Made by a program: the position numbers and the translations under genes. Source: Candidatus Omnitrophota bacterium (GTDB taxonomy: Bacteria > Omnitrophota > Gorgyraeia > Gygaellales > Profunditerraquicolaceae). From it: a DNA stretch of 64,000 bases. Positions within the stretch are counted from its first letter, which is position 1. Every line of letters starts with the position of its first letter. Positions 36,556 to 47,597 of the stretch are shown one piece after another. Below the pieces are notes generated by a model, which was not told the DNA's origin, did no database searches, and saw nothing but the letters and a program-made list of their open reading frames with translations. Location of the stretch: contig JBAZKC010000004.1 in the NCBI GenBank assembly GCA_041651035.1, positions 8,782 through 72,781 on the forward strand, in the 5' to 3' direction.

Positions 36556-38208
36556 TTAATCTAACACCGCTCCTTTATCCGCGGAACTAACCAGCCTTAA
36601 ATAACGGCTAAGATATCCTGTCTTTATCTTAGGCTCAACCGCTTTCCAGCCTTTAAACCTTTTTTCTATCTCAGCACTGGTTAATTTTACTTCCAGTTTT
36701 CTTCCGGGAATATCAATATTGATTATATCACCATCTTTTAAAATTGCAATCGGCCCGCCGGCTGAAGCTTCAGGCGAGATATGACCGATACAGGGGCCTT
36801 TGGTGCCTCCGGAAAAGCGCCCGTCGGTGATCAAGGCAACCGAATCCGCCAGGCCCAAACCTACTATTGCCGCGGTAGGCGCTAACATCTCACGCATACC
36901 CGGGCCGCCTGAAGGGCCTTCATAACGGATGACAACGCAATCGCCTTTCTTGATCTTATTATTCATGATCGCCTGCATCGCCTCTTCTTCACGGTTAAAT
37001 ACTTTTGCCTTACCTGTAAACTTCATCATCTTGCCGCTTACCCCGGACTGTTTTACCACTGCTCCGTCAGGCGCCAGATTACCGTATAAAACAGCGATCC
37101 CGCCCTGTTTATGATATGCCCGGCCAAACGGACGGATCACTTCTTCATCAACAATAGTTGCCTTATCGGCAATTTCAAAAGTTTTCTCACCGCTTACATT
37201 CAACGTATTGTTTAATTTGGATTTTAATCTTTTTAATACCGCGGGTATCCCGCCGGCATATTCTAAGTCTTCCATAAAATGCTCGCCTGCCGGCTCAATA
37301 CTGGCAATATGCGCTACAGTCTTACTGATCTTATCAAAAGTCTTAAGGTTTAAATTTATCCCTGCTTCCTGGGCGATCGCCATAAGATGCAAAACCGTGT
37401 TGCTTGAACCGCCTAAAGCCATATCTACAACAATGGCGTTCTCCAGGGACTCGCGGGTAATGATATCCCGCGGCTTAATATCTTTTCTTACCAGATCTAC
37501 GATCCGCTCGCCGGTTGCCTGGGCAATGCGGCGCTTTTTAGCGGAGACAGCCAAGGCTGTGCCGCAGCCGGGAATAGACATCCCCATTGTTTCCGTAAGG
37601 CAAGCCATGGTGTTTGCCGTATATAAACCCTGACAAGATCCTGCTCCGGGGCAAGCTTCCATTTCCAGACAGGATAATTCCTCCTGTGAAATATCCCCTT
37701 TTTTGGCGCGGCCCATGCCTTCATAGGTATCGTGCACAAAGGCGAGTTTTCTTTTGTTAAAACGCCCCGATATCATCGGGCCGGCTGTAATAATAATTGC
37801 CGGTATGTTTATACGCGCTACGCCCATTAACATTCCCGGGGTGATCTTATCGCAGTTAGTCAGGCAGACAATCCCGTCTAACTGGTGGGCATTACAAACC
37901 GTTTCAATAGTATCAGCAACGATCTCTCTTAGGGCCAACGGATAGCACATGCCTAAATGCCCCATGGCAATGCCATCGCATATGCCCGGCACGCCGAATA
38001 AAAACGGCACTCCGCCGCCGTAACAAACTCCGCGCTCAATAAAACGCTCAAGGTCCCGCATGCCGATATGGCCGGGGATAAGGTCAGTAAAAGAAGTGGC
38101 CACGCCGATAAAAGGCCGGCCGAGGTCTTTTCTGGATAATCCGGTGGCATGTAAAAGCGCGCGGTGCGGCACTCTTTCCAACCCTTTTTTAATCTTATCT
38201 GAGCGCAT
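36556..38208 (-). CDS. ilvD: Dihydroxy-acid dehydratase
   Basis: 550 aa. ...[11 protein letters not shown]..., Fe-S Cys ligands, and C-terminal ...[13 protein letters not shown]. Confidence 0.92.
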   Translation of the reverse strand: MRSDKIKKGLERVPHRALLHATGLSRKDLGRPFIGVATSFTDLIPGHIGMRDLERFIERGVCYGGGVPFLFGVPGICDGIAMGHLGMCYPLALREIVADTIETVCNAHQLDGIVCLTNCDKITPGMLMGVARINIPAIIITAGPMISGRFNKRKLAFVHDTYEGMGRAKKGDISQEELSCLEMEACPGAGSCQGLYTANTMACLTETMGMSIPGCGTALAVSAKKRRIAQATGERIVDLVRKDIKPRDIITRESLENAIVVDMALGGSSNTVLHLMAIAQEAGINLNLKTFDKISKTVAHIASIEPAGEHFMEDLEYAGGIPAVLKRLKSKLNNTLNVSGEKTFEIADKATIVDEEVIRPFGRAYHKQGGIAVLYGNLAPDGAVVKQSGVSGKMMKFTGKAKVFNREEEAMQAIMNNKIKKGDCVVIRYEGPSGGPGMREMLAPTAAIVGLGLADSVALITDGRFSGGTKGPCIGHISPEASAGGPIAILKDGDIINIDIPGRKLEVKLTSAEIEKRFKGWKAVEPKIKTGYLSRYLRLVSSADKGAVLD

Positions 38209-38218
38209 ATTTTACCTC

Positions 38219-39544
38219 CTAATCTGCCCCTTCTCCGTCATGCACCAAAGCTTCCGCGTCCTTGTGTTTGCGCACGATCACCCTTTTTAAACTGACATAT
38301 TTATCAACAAGGGCATCGTTATTTACAGCATTAAGCTGCTTGAAAAGAAAATCAAACTTGTTTTCAAGCTCCGCGGCAATAGCATTGCGCACATCAAGCG
38401 GCAGGCCCATAATATCGTTCTTAAAAGGCCCTAAAGCTTTCTTGCGTGTCTTATAGAAAAATTGTTCCTGCGTCTCGCCTTCCTTGGCTTCATTGGCGGC
38501 GTTAACTTTCAACCATTCATAGATCTTGTTCTTTAACTCCTGCGGAAAATGCTTGGAGTCATAGATCATATTCTGGAACTGCGTGGCTAAATGCACTTCG
38601 CAAGCTTCGCATTCCGCGAATTTATGGAACGCCTCTTCCGGCAAAGTGGAAGCGCCATGCTGCACTGTGCCGCCCAAGCCAAATTCTTTTCTGGCGATCT
38701 CGCCGAGATTCTTTAAAGTATCAAAATCCAGTTTTACCTGGGCGATAGAGCCGTCAGGCAGGACCACCCCGCCATGGCTTGTCCCGGTCTGTATGGATAT
38801 CTTGCTTATGCCGGTTAAACCTTTACGCAGGCGCTGTTTGTAGCCTTCCATGAACGCGCGCAGGTCTTCCGGTGTTGAATTCTGATGCCCTACCTCTCCG
38901 ATCTCCCCGCCTACGGAAACCGTAATACCCTTGGGTTCAATGCGGCGGATAAACTGCGTAAGCTTAGCGCATACTTCATAATTTAAATACTGCTGGTCCT
39001 TTACCTTAGGCTTAGAAAGATCCACTAAAGTAGAAGAATCAATATCAATGTTATAGAAACCCGCGCCGACTGCTTCGGTGATCAATGCCTCCAGGCCCTT
39101 AATCTCCTTATCAGGGTCCTCTTTATATTTCTTTAAATTAGCCTGGAAATGGTCTCCCTGGATAAATACAGGCCCGGAGTAATTCTCCTTTATCGCCGCC
39201 GCCAATATTACTGCTGAATATTCCACGGGGGGTTGGGCGGTATAACCCATCTCGGATTTAGCGATCTCAAATATAAAGGCCTTGGAATTATTCTTTTTAC
39301 CTACGCGGAAAATAGCCCTGGCTAAGTCATAAGTCATACTGCGTAAGTTTATCGCCGGCACGGTTGAGCCGCTAAACTCCGAACGCCCGCGCGCCATATA
39401 ATAATCATGGATACTCAAAGGATATATGCCGTTTTTATAAGCGGTGTCCCTGATCTTTTTGGCCAGCTTTTTCTTTGCCGCCAGATCAGTTCCCGTAACT
39501 AAGTCCATAACGATTTTGTCCATATCCAGCGCCCTTCTTCCCAT
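38219..39544 (-). CDS. fba: Class II ketose-bisphosphate (fructose-1,6-bisphosphate) aldolase, long ~440-aa form
   Basis: VFIQGDHF..., SVGGEIGEVG..., QTGTSHGG: class II aldolase metal/substrate motifs. Long N- and C-terminal extensions. Confidence 0.75.
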   Translation of the reverse strand: MGRRALDMDKIVMDLVTGTDLAAKKKLAKKIRDTAYKNGIYPLSIHDYYMARGRSEFSGSTVPAINLRSMTYDLARAIFRVGKKNNSKAFIFEIAKSEMGYTAQPPVEYSAVILAAAIKENYSGPVFIQGDHFQANLKKYKEDPDKEIKGLEALITEAVGAGFYNIDIDSSTLVDLSKPKVKDQQYLNYEVCAKLTQFIRRIEPKGITVSVGGEIGEVGHQNSTPEDLRAFMEGYKQRLRKGLTGISKISIQTGTSHGGVVLPDGSIAQVKLDFDTLKNLGEIARKEFGLGGTVQHGASTLPEEAFHKFAECEACEVHLATQFQNMIYDSKHFPQELKNKIYEWLKVNAANEAKEGETQEQFFYKTRKKALGPFKNDIMGLPLDVRNAIAAELENKFDFLFKQLNAVNNDALVDKYVSLKRVIVRKHKDAEALVHDGEGAD

Positions 39545-39557
39545 AAGATGTTCCCTC

Positions 39558-40520
39558 CTAAGTTAACATTTTAATCAGGTTATATACATAATCCACTTTT
39601 AGCTCTTTCTTTTGGATGGCGGATTCAAAATCAACAGTAATGGTTCTCCCTCCATTAAATGCCACAGCCTTATCTGTTTGGCCTTCTACTAAACATTTAA
39701 CTGCTGCCTGGCCGAGGTGCAGCGCCAAATCCCGGCTAAACGCCGTAGGACGGCCTCCTCTTTGGATGTGGCCTAAAACCACGGCCCGCGTCTCTAAGTC
39801 AGTGATCTCGGTTATTTTCTTGGCGATATCCACCGCGGAAGCCGCTCCCTCAGCCACCACGACTATCCAGCTTATTTTACCTCTTAAATTACCTTCAACT
39901 ATATCGTGGCAGATATTTTCTAAAGAAAAATTTTTCTCCGGAATGATCACTTCTTCGCAGCCGCCTGCCAAAGCGACGGAAAGCGCGATATACCCGGAAT
40001 CCCTGCCCATTACTTCTACCACAAAAACCCTTTCCATGGAAGTGGCGGTATCGCGGATGTTATCAATAGCGCCTAAGGCGGTATTGATAGCGGTATCTGA
40101 ACCAATAGTCGCGTCTACGCCGTTAATATCGTTATCAATAGAGGCAGGAATGCCTATACAAGGGACCTTATACCTTTTATAAAATTCATGCGCCCCCCTG
40201 AAACTACCGTTACCTCCGATAACGATCATACCGTCTATTGAATACTTCTTTAAAGTCTCCATCGCCCTATTGCGGCCTTCATCGGTATGAAATTCCGGGC
40301 AGCGGGCTGTCTTTAAGATTGTCCCGCCCAAATTAATAATTCCGGAAACAGAGCGATGATCAAACAACTTCAGGTCTTCATTGATCAAACCCCAATATCC
40401 GCGAAAGACACCCATAACTTCCAATTTATGGCTTACGGCAGCGCGCACTACCGCGCGTATCGCCGCGTTCATTCCCGGGGCGTCCCCTCCGGTAGTCAAT
40501 ACCGCGATTTTCTTTATCAT
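39558..40520 (-). CDS. pfkA: ATP-dependent 6-phosphofructokinase
   Basis: 320 aa. MIKKIAVLTTGGDAPGMNAAIRAVV..., GGNGSFRGA..., GIPASIDNDI. Confidence 0.92.
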   Translation of the reverse strand: MIKKIAVLTTGGDAPGMNAAIRAVVRAAVSHKLEVMGVFRGYWGLINEDLKLFDHRSVSGIINLGGTILKTARCPEFHTDEGRNRAMETLKKYSIDGMIVIGGNGSFRGAHEFYKRYKVPCIGIPASIDNDINGVDATIGSDTAINTALGAIDNIRDTATSMERVFVVEVMGRDSGYIALSVALAGGCEEVIIPEKNFSLENICHDIVEGNLRGKISWIVVVAEGAASAVDIAKKITEITDLETRAVVLGHIQRGGRPTAFSRDLALHLGQAAVKCLVEGQTDKAVAFNGGRTITVDFESAIQKKELKVDYVYNLIKMLT

Positions 40521-40936
40521 TTCTTTTCCAGTTCCTCTATGTACGCGATAGCTTTTTGCAGCTCATTCTTTATATCCTTTACTTTAAAAACAGATTTTAT
40601 GCGCAGCAGGAGGTCTGTTTTTTCTATGGGCTTGCTAATGAAATCCACGGCTCCCGCGCTTAAACTGGTTTCTTTCTCGTCCGGATAAGCCGTAACCATG
40701 ATTACGGGGATGGACTTAGTTTCCTTATCCTTCTGCAGGGCTTCGCAGACTTCTATACCGTTTAATCCGGGCATAGAAAAATCCAGTATGATCAAATCCG
40801 GCTTTTCGTCCTTTGCCAATTTTAAAGCCTCGGTACCGTCACTGGCAAGTATAGCCTTATAGCCTTCTTTAGTAAGTATCCTCTTGATACTCCCCAGGAT
40901 ATCCCCTTCATCATCGGCGTATAGTATTTTTTCCAT
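40517..40936 (-). CDS. Stand-alone response-regulator receiver (CheY-like)
   Basis: 139 aa. DDE acidic pocket, phospho-acceptor Asp in LIILDFSMPG, conserved Thr (VIMVTAY) and Lys (SKPIE). No output domain. Overlaps pfkA by 4 nt. Confidence 0.8.
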   Translation of the reverse strand: MEKILYADDEGDILGSIKRILTKEGYKAILASDGTEALKLAKDEKPDLIILDFSMPGLNGIEVCEALQKDKETKSIPVIMVTAYPDEKETSLSAGAVDFISKPIEKTDLLLRIKSVFKVKDIKNELQKAIAYIEELEKK

Positions 40937-40949
40937 AATCCCCCCGTAT

Positions 40950-42206
40950 TTAGGTCCCGGATTCCCAACTGGACAGATATTTCTTCTGTTCCGCGGTCAA
41001 AGTATCTATGTTGATCCCCATAGATCTTAATTTCAAACCGGCGATATTATCATCTATATTTCCAGGAACAGTGTATACCTGTTTTTTAAGTTTTTTATGA
41101 TTTCCAACCATATACTCCGCCGAAAGCGCCTGATTGGCAAAAGACATATCCATTACAGAAGCAGGGTGCCCTTCAGCTGCCGCCAGGTTGATCAACCTGC
41201 CCTCTCCTAAAATATAAATCCTGTGCCCGTTCTTTAAAGTATATTCATCCACAAAATCCCTGCTCGCGCGGCAAGACCTGGCTATCTTTGCTAAGCCCGG
41301 GATATCTATCTCCACGTTAAAATGCCCGGAATTACAGACGATCGCGCCGTCACGCATAAGGCTAAAGTGCTCTTTACGTATAACATTAATATCGCCTGTT
41401 ACAGTAACAAAGATGTCTCCGATCTTAGCTGCTTCTTTTATCGGCATTACCCGGAAACCATCCATTGTCGCCTCTAAGCCGCGCAAAGGAGAAACCTCCA
41501 CCACAATTACTTTAGCACCCAGGCCTTTGGCGCGCATAGCCACTCCCTTACCGCACCAGCCATAACCGCAAACCACAAAATCTGTCCCAGCGATAAGCTT
41601 ATTGGTTGAGCGCACTATGCCGTCAAGTGTAGATTGGCCTGTACCATAACGGTTATCAAACAGATGCTTGGTCATAGCGTCATTAACGGCAATTATCGGA
41701 TAGCGCAGCTTGCCTTCTTTAGCCAGCGCCCTTAAACGGATCACCCCGGTGGTAGTCTCTTCTGTGCCGCCGATAATATTGCTGTGGTTGGCAGGCGGCC
41801 GCTGATGAATAGTGCTTACCAGGTCGGCGCCGTCATCCATGGTAATATCGGGTTTAACCGCCAGGGCGGACTTAATATGCGCGTAATAAGTTTTTGTATC
41901 CTCTCCCTTGATCGCGAAAACCGCCATTTTAGAATTCTTCACCAATGCCGCGGCCACATCATCCTGCGTGGAGAGAGGGTTAGAAGCGCAGATATAAACC
42001 TCCGCTCCACCTGTTTTTAATACTTCCGCTAAAACTCCTGTCTCCGTAGTAACATGCAGGCAACAGGCGATCTTTACGCCTTTAAGCGGCTTTTCTTTGG
42101 CAAATCTATTCTTGATCAGGCCCAATACCGGCATATTGCTAGAGGCCCATTCAATGCGCGTTGCTCCTTTTTTGGCTGATTTTATATCCTTAATATCATA
42201 TTTCAT
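40950..42206 (-). CDS. ahcY: Adenosylhomocysteinase
   Basis: 418 aa. ...[11 protein letters not shown]..., NAD-binding [13 protein letters not shown], ...IGHFNVEID. Confidence 0.92.
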   Translation of the reverse strand: MKYDIKDIKSAKKGATRIEWASSNMPVLGLIKNRFAKEKPLKGVKIACCLHVTTETGVLAEVLKTGGAEVYICASNPLSTQDDVAAALVKNSKMAVFAIKGEDTKTYYAHIKSALAVKPDITMDDGADLVSTIHQRPPANHSNIIGGTEETTTGVIRLRALAKEGKLRYPIIAVNDAMTKHLFDNRYGTGQSTLDGIVRSTNKLIAGTDFVVCGYGWCGKGVAMRAKGLGAKVIVVEVSPLRGLEATMDGFRVMPIKEAAKIGDIFVTVTGDINVIRKEHFSLMRDGAIVCNSGHFNVEIDIPGLAKIARSCRASRDFVDEYTLKNGHRIYILGEGRLINLAAAEGHPASVMDMSFANQALSAEYMVGNHKKLKKQVYTVPGNIDDNIAGLKLRSMGINIDTLTAEQKKYLSSWESGT

Positions 42207-42254
42207 AATTTCCTTTCGTATTTTTTACCTTCCACCCTACCTGCTACCTACTAT

Positions 42255-43427
42255 CTACTGAATTTTTCCCGCCTGTTTCTTCAACACCGCGGCCTTATCC
42301 GTGCTCTCCCAGCTGAACTCCGGTTCAGTCCTGCCAAAATGGCCATAGCAAGCGGTCTTCTTGTATATGGGCCGCAGAAGATCCAATGATTTGATCATCC
42401 CTTGAGGAGTTAATTCAAAATTATCCCGGATCAGTTTAATGAACCCTGTTTCCGAGACCTTACCTGTGCCAAAGGTGTCTACCATAATTGCCAAAGGATC
42501 TGCCCTGCCGATAACATAAGCCAAATGCACCAGGCATTTCTCCGCCAGGCCTGCGGCCACAATATTCTTGGCAATATAACGGGCCATATAAGCCGCGGAC
42601 CGGTCAACCTTAGTCGGGTCCTTGCCGGAAAACGCGCCGCCGCCATGGGCAGCCATTCCGCCGTAAGTATCCACGACGATCTTTCTGCCGGTCATCCCCG
42701 TATCGGACTGCGGGCCGCCGATAACGAATTTCCCTGTTTCATTCACAAAATATTTAGTATCTTTATCCACATATCCTTTTAGGATAGGCTTGGCGATAAA
42801 GTCTATAAATTCCTGCCTGGCCTTTTTAGTGATCTTCTCTCCCGTAGAGTCTAAAATATCCTCGGTATGCTGGCAAGCCAAAACCACGGAATCCACTCTC
42901 TTAGGCTTACCATCATGATATTCCACGGAAACCTGGGACTTGCAATCCGGGCCCAAATATTTTAGAATTCCCTTTCTTCTTGCTTCTGCCATATGCGCCA
43001 CAAGTTTCTGCGCCAGCATTATGGGCAGCGGCATAAGTTCCGGGGTCTCCCGGCAGGCAAACCCCACCATAAAACCTTGATCGCCTGCTCCTCCGGTATT
43101 TACGCCCTGAGAAATATCCGGAGACTGGCTGTTGATCGTATTGATGATCGCGCAGGTATGATAATCAAACCCGTACTTTTGATGCGTATACCCGATATCC
43201 TTGATTATCTGACGGGCAAGCTTCTGGATATCCACGTAAGCGGAAGTGGTAATTTCTCCTCCGACAATTAAAAGGCCCATAGTAACAAAAGTCTCACAGG
43301 CAACACGGCCATAAGGGTCCTGTTTTAAAACCTCATCAAGCACACCGTCGGAAATCTGATCGCAAAGCTTATCGGGATGCCCCTCACCTACCGCCTCTGA
43401 AGTAAAATAGTGTTTCCGCGCTGACAT
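42255..43427 (-). CDS. metK: S-adenosylmethionine synthetase
   Basis: 390 aa. ...[20 protein letters not shown]..., GAGDQG..., [16 protein letters not shown]. Confidence 0.95.
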   Translation of the reverse strand: MSARKHYFTSEAVGEGHPDKLCDQISDGVLDEVLKQDPYGRVACETFVTMGLLIVGGEITTSAYVDIQKLARQIIKDIGYTHQKYGFDYHTCAIINTINSQSPDISQGVNTGGAGDQGFMVGFACRETPELMPLPIMLAQKLVAHMAEARRKGILKYLGPDCKSQVSVEYHDGKPKRVDSVVLACQHTEDILDSTGEKITKKARQEFIDFIAKPILKGYVDKDTKYFVNETGKFVIGGPQSDTGMTGRKIVVDTYGGMAAHGGGAFSGKDPTKVDRSAAYMARYIAKNIVAAGLAEKCLVHLAYVIGRADPLAIMVDTFGTGKVSETGFIKLIRDNFELTPQGMIKSLDLLRPIYKKTACYGHFGRTEPEFSWESTDKAAVLKKQAGKIQ

Positions 43428-43472
43428 GATTCATCCTCCTTTTGGTAAGCGGACAACTTGCGTTCTTAAAGT

Positions 43473-44219
43473 TTAAGACTTGCTTACAAACGCGAGTTTC
43501 GCTTCGTTATAGAATTTATGGTCGCCGATGTCGTACCAGCGCCCGTTAAATACAAACCCGTAAACCGGTTCTTTCTTTCTTAGCCAATCTATGTATGAGC
43601 CGGTGGCGTCGGTTTTCCTGGCTTTGCCAGCCACATATTCTTTGATCAAGCCCAATTTATCTTTGGGAAAATAATACAGGCACATCGCCACGAGGGCCGA
43701 CTTAGGATTCCTGGGCTTCTCCTTAAAATCGATGAGTTTCTTATCCTTACCCAGCTTGATTACGCCGTATTTATTCGCTCTGAGCTTGTCTTTTATATCA
43801 TAAACCCCTATTACGGGGCTATTCTTGTTTACCAGGGTAAACCGTAGGAAACCTTTCAAATCTCCGTCAAACAAATTGTCCCCGCCTACAACCAATAAAC
43901 TGTCTTTAACGCGCCTTTTATTTATCGCGAAATCTATATCGCCTATCGCGCCTCTTCTGTCCAGGTTGTCTTTCGTTAAGTCATCTACCAGGCTTACGCG
44001 TTTTTGTATACGCAGCCCCTGGCGCCATTTCCTAAACCGGGATATAAACTTGCTGTTTGTGACCACGATGATCTCATCTATTTCATCCAGATTCTTAAGC
44101 TTATCTATAATAAAATTGATTACGGGTTTCTGTTCTACCACAAGAAGAGGCTTAGGGTATTCTTTAGTTAAAGGATAAAGCCGGGTAGCGTAACCCGCGG
44201 CTAATATCAACGCTTTCAT
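43473..44219 (-). CDS. Sugar-phosphate nucleotidyltransferase (NTP_transferase family, RmlA/GlmU N-domain-like)
   Basis: 248 aa. MKALILAAGYATRLYPLTKEYPKPLL (G-x-G-T-R-L nucleotidyltransferase motif). Specificity not inferable. Confidence 0.7.
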   Translation of the reverse strand: MKALILAAGYATRLYPLTKEYPKPLLVVEQKPVINFIIDKLKNLDEIDEIIVVTNSKFISRFRKWRQGLRIQKRVSLVDDLTKDNLDRRGAIGDIDFAINKRRVKDSLLVVGGDNLFDGDLKGFLRFTLVNKNSPVIGVYDIKDKLRANKYGVIKLGKDKKLIDFKEKPRNPKSALVAMCLYYFPKDKLGLIKEYVAGKARKTDATGSYIDWLRKKEPVYGFVFNGRWYDIGDHKFYNEAKLAFVSKS

Positions 44220-44240
44220 TCTTTAGTTGACTCCTTCTTC

Positions 44241-45971
44241 TTACTCTAAAATATCCTTTAACCTTGACCGGCTAAACTCTTCAAACTCGCTGGCCGTGGA
44301 AAGGCCAAGGACATGGCCGGCGAACTCTTGCGCCTGTTTTAAAGTAACCGAACGGATCAGGAATTTGATCTCCGGAATAACCTGCGGCGGCATACTGAAT
44401 TCATCCAGGCCCAGGCCAAGAAGCATCAACGCGAAACTCGGCTCGCCCGCCATTTCTCCGCACATGCCTACTTTAATACCGGCCTTGTGTGCCGCGTCAA
44501 TTATGCTCTTGATAAGCCTTAATACCGCCGGATGCGCCGGTTCATACAGATAGGCGACTTTTTCATTTACACGGTCAACTGCCAGGGAATACTGAATAAG
44601 GTCATTGGTCCCGATGCTGAAGAAATTCGCCTCCCTGGCAAGAATATCGGCGGTCATGGCGGCGGAAGGCACTTCGATCATCGCTCCCACCTGTATATCA
44701 TTATTAAAAGCTGCGCCCTTATTCCTTAATTCCTGCTTTGCTTCTTCAAGTATTTTATTGGCCTGCTCTAGTTCTTCTATCCCGGATATCATCGGGTACA
44801 TGAGCTTTAGATTCCCGTGCACAGACGCCCTTAATACCCCTCTTAATTGCACCTTGAATATATCCGGGCGCGCAAGGCAGAACCTGATAGCGCGCCAGCC
44901 CAAGAACGGCTGCATCTCGCTGGGAGTCTGGAATTGGGACAAGAATTTATCTCCGCCTAGATCGATAGTCCGTATAATGACCGGATACGGGTTCATCTCT
45001 TCGGCGACATATTTATAAGCCTGGTAATGCTCCTCTTCGGAAGGCAGGTCTTTCCTGTTCATATAAAAAAACTCGGTACGGTAAAGGCCTATGCCCTGCG
45101 CTCCGTGAAGCTTCACTGAGTGGACTTCATCCGGGAACTCTATATTGGCGTTTATCTCCACTTCCCTGCCGTCAAGCGTTACCGCGGGAAGGTCTTTAGC
45201 TGATAAGAACGCCTGTGCTACGCCTTCAAGCCTTTCCCCTTCCTGCCGGTAAGTCCGCAGCGTTTCTTCGTCGGGGTCTATAATTACAAGCCCGGCGTTG
45301 CCATCGACTATAAGCAGGTCTCCGGTCTTGATCTTTGCTGTTACCCCTTCAACGCCTACTACCGCGGGGATCTCCAAAGACTTGGCCATGATCGCCGTAT
45401 GAGAAGTCTTGCCTCCTATATCCGTAACAAAAGCGGCCACATTCTGCTTGTGCATAGCCGCGGTATCAGAAGGAGAAAGGTCATGCGCCACCAGTATTGC
45501 CTTCTCTTTTAAATCCGATAAACTGGTGCGGGTTTTCCCCAATAGATGGCGCAGTATCCTCTTACCCACATCATTTATATCGGCGGTGCGCTCTTTAAGA
45601 TATTCGTCTTCAATCTTGGAAAATACATCGATATATTTCTTCAGGACCTCTGAAAATATAAAAGCTACGCCTACCTTCTCTTTCTTAAGCCGAGAGATGA
45701 CTTCTTCGATAAGCATACGGTCTTCTAAGACCAAAAGATGCGCGTCAAAGATCTGCGCTTCGTCCTGGCCCATCTCTGAACCTATCTTCTTCTGCAGTTC
45801 TATTATTTCCCTGCGGGTCTTAATAAGCGCTTCTTCAAAAAACTGTATCTGCACCGGGATATCTTCTTCGCGTATGGAAACTTTCGGAACAACAAATTCC
45901 TCCTTGCCTATCCTATAGGCCGGACCGATCCTTATCCCTGAAGCCGCGGCTATACCTTTAAGTTTTATCAT
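44241..45971 (-). CDS. ptsI: Phosphoenolpyruvate-protein phosphotransferase (PTS Enzyme I)
   Basis: 576 aa. Phospho-His region GGKTSHTAIMAKSLEIPAVVG and PEP-utilising GIGLYRTEFFYM. Confidence 0.92.
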   Translation of the reverse strand: MIKLKGIAAASGIRIGPAYRIGKEEFVVPKVSIREEDIPVQIQFFEEALIKTRREIIELQKKIGSEMGQDEAQIFDAHLLVLEDRMLIEEVISRLKKEKVGVAFIFSEVLKKYIDVFSKIEDEYLKERTADINDVGKRILRHLLGKTRTSLSDLKEKAILVAHDLSPSDTAAMHKQNVAAFVTDIGGKTSHTAIMAKSLEIPAVVGVEGVTAKIKTGDLLIVDGNAGLVIIDPDEETLRTYRQEGERLEGVAQAFLSAKDLPAVTLDGREVEINANIEFPDEVHSVKLHGAQGIGLYRTEFFYMNRKDLPSEEEHYQAYKYVAEEMNPYPVIIRTIDLGGDKFLSQFQTPSEMQPFLGWRAIRFCLARPDIFKVQLRGVLRASVHGNLKLMYPMISGIEELEQANKILEEAKQELRNKGAAFNNDIQVGAMIEVPSAAMTADILAREANFFSIGTNDLIQYSLAVDRVNEKVAYLYEPAHPAVLRLIKSIIDAAHKAGIKVGMCGEMAGEPSFALMLLGLGLDEFSMPPQVIPEIKFLIRSVTLKQAQEFAGHVLGLSTASEFEEFSRSRLKDILE

Positions 45972-46252
45972 TTCTCCTGCTCACTGGTAATAATTTTCTC
46001 TAACTCTGATATGGCCAGTTGCGCGTCGCTGCCTTCCGCTTCGATTATAATGGCACTGTCTTTTTCCGCCCCCAACATCAGAATACCCATAATGGACTTA
46101 CCGTTCACTTCTTCGTCATCGCGCTTGACCGTTATGCGGGAGTCAAATTTATTGGCGATCTGCACAAATAACGCCGCCGGGCGGGCATGCAGGCCCTGTT
46201 CATTCTTTACGATCAATTTCTTTCTGATTATCGCCATATTATATTTCTTCAA
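45968..46252 (-). CDS. ptsH: Phosphocarrier protein HPr
   Basis: GLHARPAALFV active-site His. The start may be the internal ATG 46237 (MAIIRKK...). Confidence 0.88.
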   Translation of the reverse strand: MKKYNMAIIRKKLIVKNEQGLHARPAALFVQIANKFDSRITVKRDDEEVNGKSIMGILMLGAEKDSAIIIEAEGSDAQLAISELEKIITSEQEK

Positions 46253-47486
46253 TAAGCCCTAAAATGATCCTGGCTAACTTTACGGGATCATGCCTGGTAA
46301 CGCCTTCCTTAACAACCGCGAAATCGTCTTCAATGACCCGGTAACCCATATTTTCTATTTTTTTCCTGTCATTAACCACCAGATACGAGTTTTGCCGCGC
46401 GTAACGCTTAAGTATTTCCTGGGGAATTTCTCCCGTATTCATAATGCAATAATCGATTACCCGCGGGTGGCTGTGTTTTGTAAGCGCTTTTATATGTTCG
46501 GAGGCGCTATAACCGTCGGTCTCCCCGGGCTGGGTCATTACATTGCACACATACACCTTTATCGCCCCTGAACCGGCTATTGTATCGGCAAGCTCTTTTA
46601 TCAAAAGATTAGGTATAATACTTGTATAGAGCGAACCCGGGCCTAAAATAATCATCTGCGCTTCCTGTATCGCTTTCACCGCGTCCGGAGTTGCCTGTGG
46701 CTGCGCCGGGTCAAGAAAAACCCTGTTTATGGGCAGATGGGCTTTGGGGATATTATTCTCGCCGACAGTAGTCGTCCCATCGCTGTGCTGGGCTACCAGC
46801 GCCACATTGCTTAACGTCGAGGGGATCACCTGCCCCCTTAAAGCCAGGACTTTGCTGGTTTCTTTAATAGCCTTCTCAAAGTCTCCGGTTAACCTGGTCA
46901 TTACCGTAATAAAAAGGTTGCCGAAGCTATGCCCCGAAAGCTCTGAATTTGCTTCAAAGCGGAACTGGAATAGATCCTGCATCAATGTGGGAGCGTCTGC
47001 CAAAGCAACCAGGCAGTTACGTATGTCTCCGGGAGGCAATATATCAAACTGCTGCCTTAAGCGCCCCGAAGAACCGCCGTCATCAGCCACGGTAACTATA
47101 GCTGTGATATTAGAAGTATAATTTTTTAGGCCTGTAAGCAGCGTGGATAATCCGGTACCGCCGCCTACAGTTACAATCCTGGGCCCGCGGCTAAGGTGTT
47201 TTTTCTGATACAGGATATCCACAAGTTCCGTGCTCTTTGAAGAAGACATGAACATAAACGCCGCGAAGAAAGAACGCATCATCATTTTGATGCCTAAGAT
47301 CAGGATTATTACGCCTGAAAGCAGCACTATCGCGTCTAATATTTGGATTACCCAGTATTCTTCGGCGCGTAAATGAGCTGTCCCCAGGACCAGGAGGACT
47401 ACGCCAAAAGCGCTTAAGCCGATCCAGCGCTTGACGCCGATGCCCGGGTATAACCATTTGAGTATACTGTTAACATTGATTTTCAT
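46239..47486 (-). CDS. yvcK: YvcK/CofD-like gluconeogenesis factor (UPF0052) with ~95-aa N-terminal membrane-anchor extension
   Basis: Core starts ...RIVTVGGGTGLSTLLTGLK and is YvcK-like throughout. The N-terminal 95 aa contain two or three hydrophobic helices not present in Bacillus YvcK. Confidence 0.8.
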   Translation of the reverse strand: MKINVNSILKWLYPGIGVKRWIGLSAFGVVLLVLGTAHLRAEEYWVIQILDAIVLLSGVIILILGIKMMMRSFFAAFMFMSSSKSTELVDILYQKKHLSRGPRIVTVGGGTGLSTLLTGLKNYTSNITAIVTVADDGGSSGRLRQQFDILPPGDIRNCLVALADAPTLMQDLFQFRFEANSELSGHSFGNLFITVMTRLTGDFEKAIKETSKVLALRGQVIPSTLSNVALVAQHSDGTTTVGENNIPKAHLPINRVFLDPAQPQATPDAVKAIQEAQMIILGPGSLYTSIIPNLLIKELADTIAGSGAIKVYVCNVMTQPGETDGYSASEHIKALTKHSHPRVIDYCIMNTGEIPQEILKRYARQNSYLVVNDRKKIENMGYRVIEDDFAVVKEGVTRHDPVKLARIILGLIEEI

Positions 47487-47597
47487 TTTGAGCGAATAGG
47501 CAATTGGTGGAACGCCTGCCGGTAAGCAAGCACCCGCCGTAAGATCTAAAGCGGGACCGCCTAATATTTAGCGGCTAAGACATAAGTCATTCTGACG

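Noticed and set aside
47191-47457. 88-aa minus-strand ORF inside yvcK
   Set aside because: It is an alternative frame within the yvcK N-terminal region, with Arg/Pro-rich low-complexity composition.
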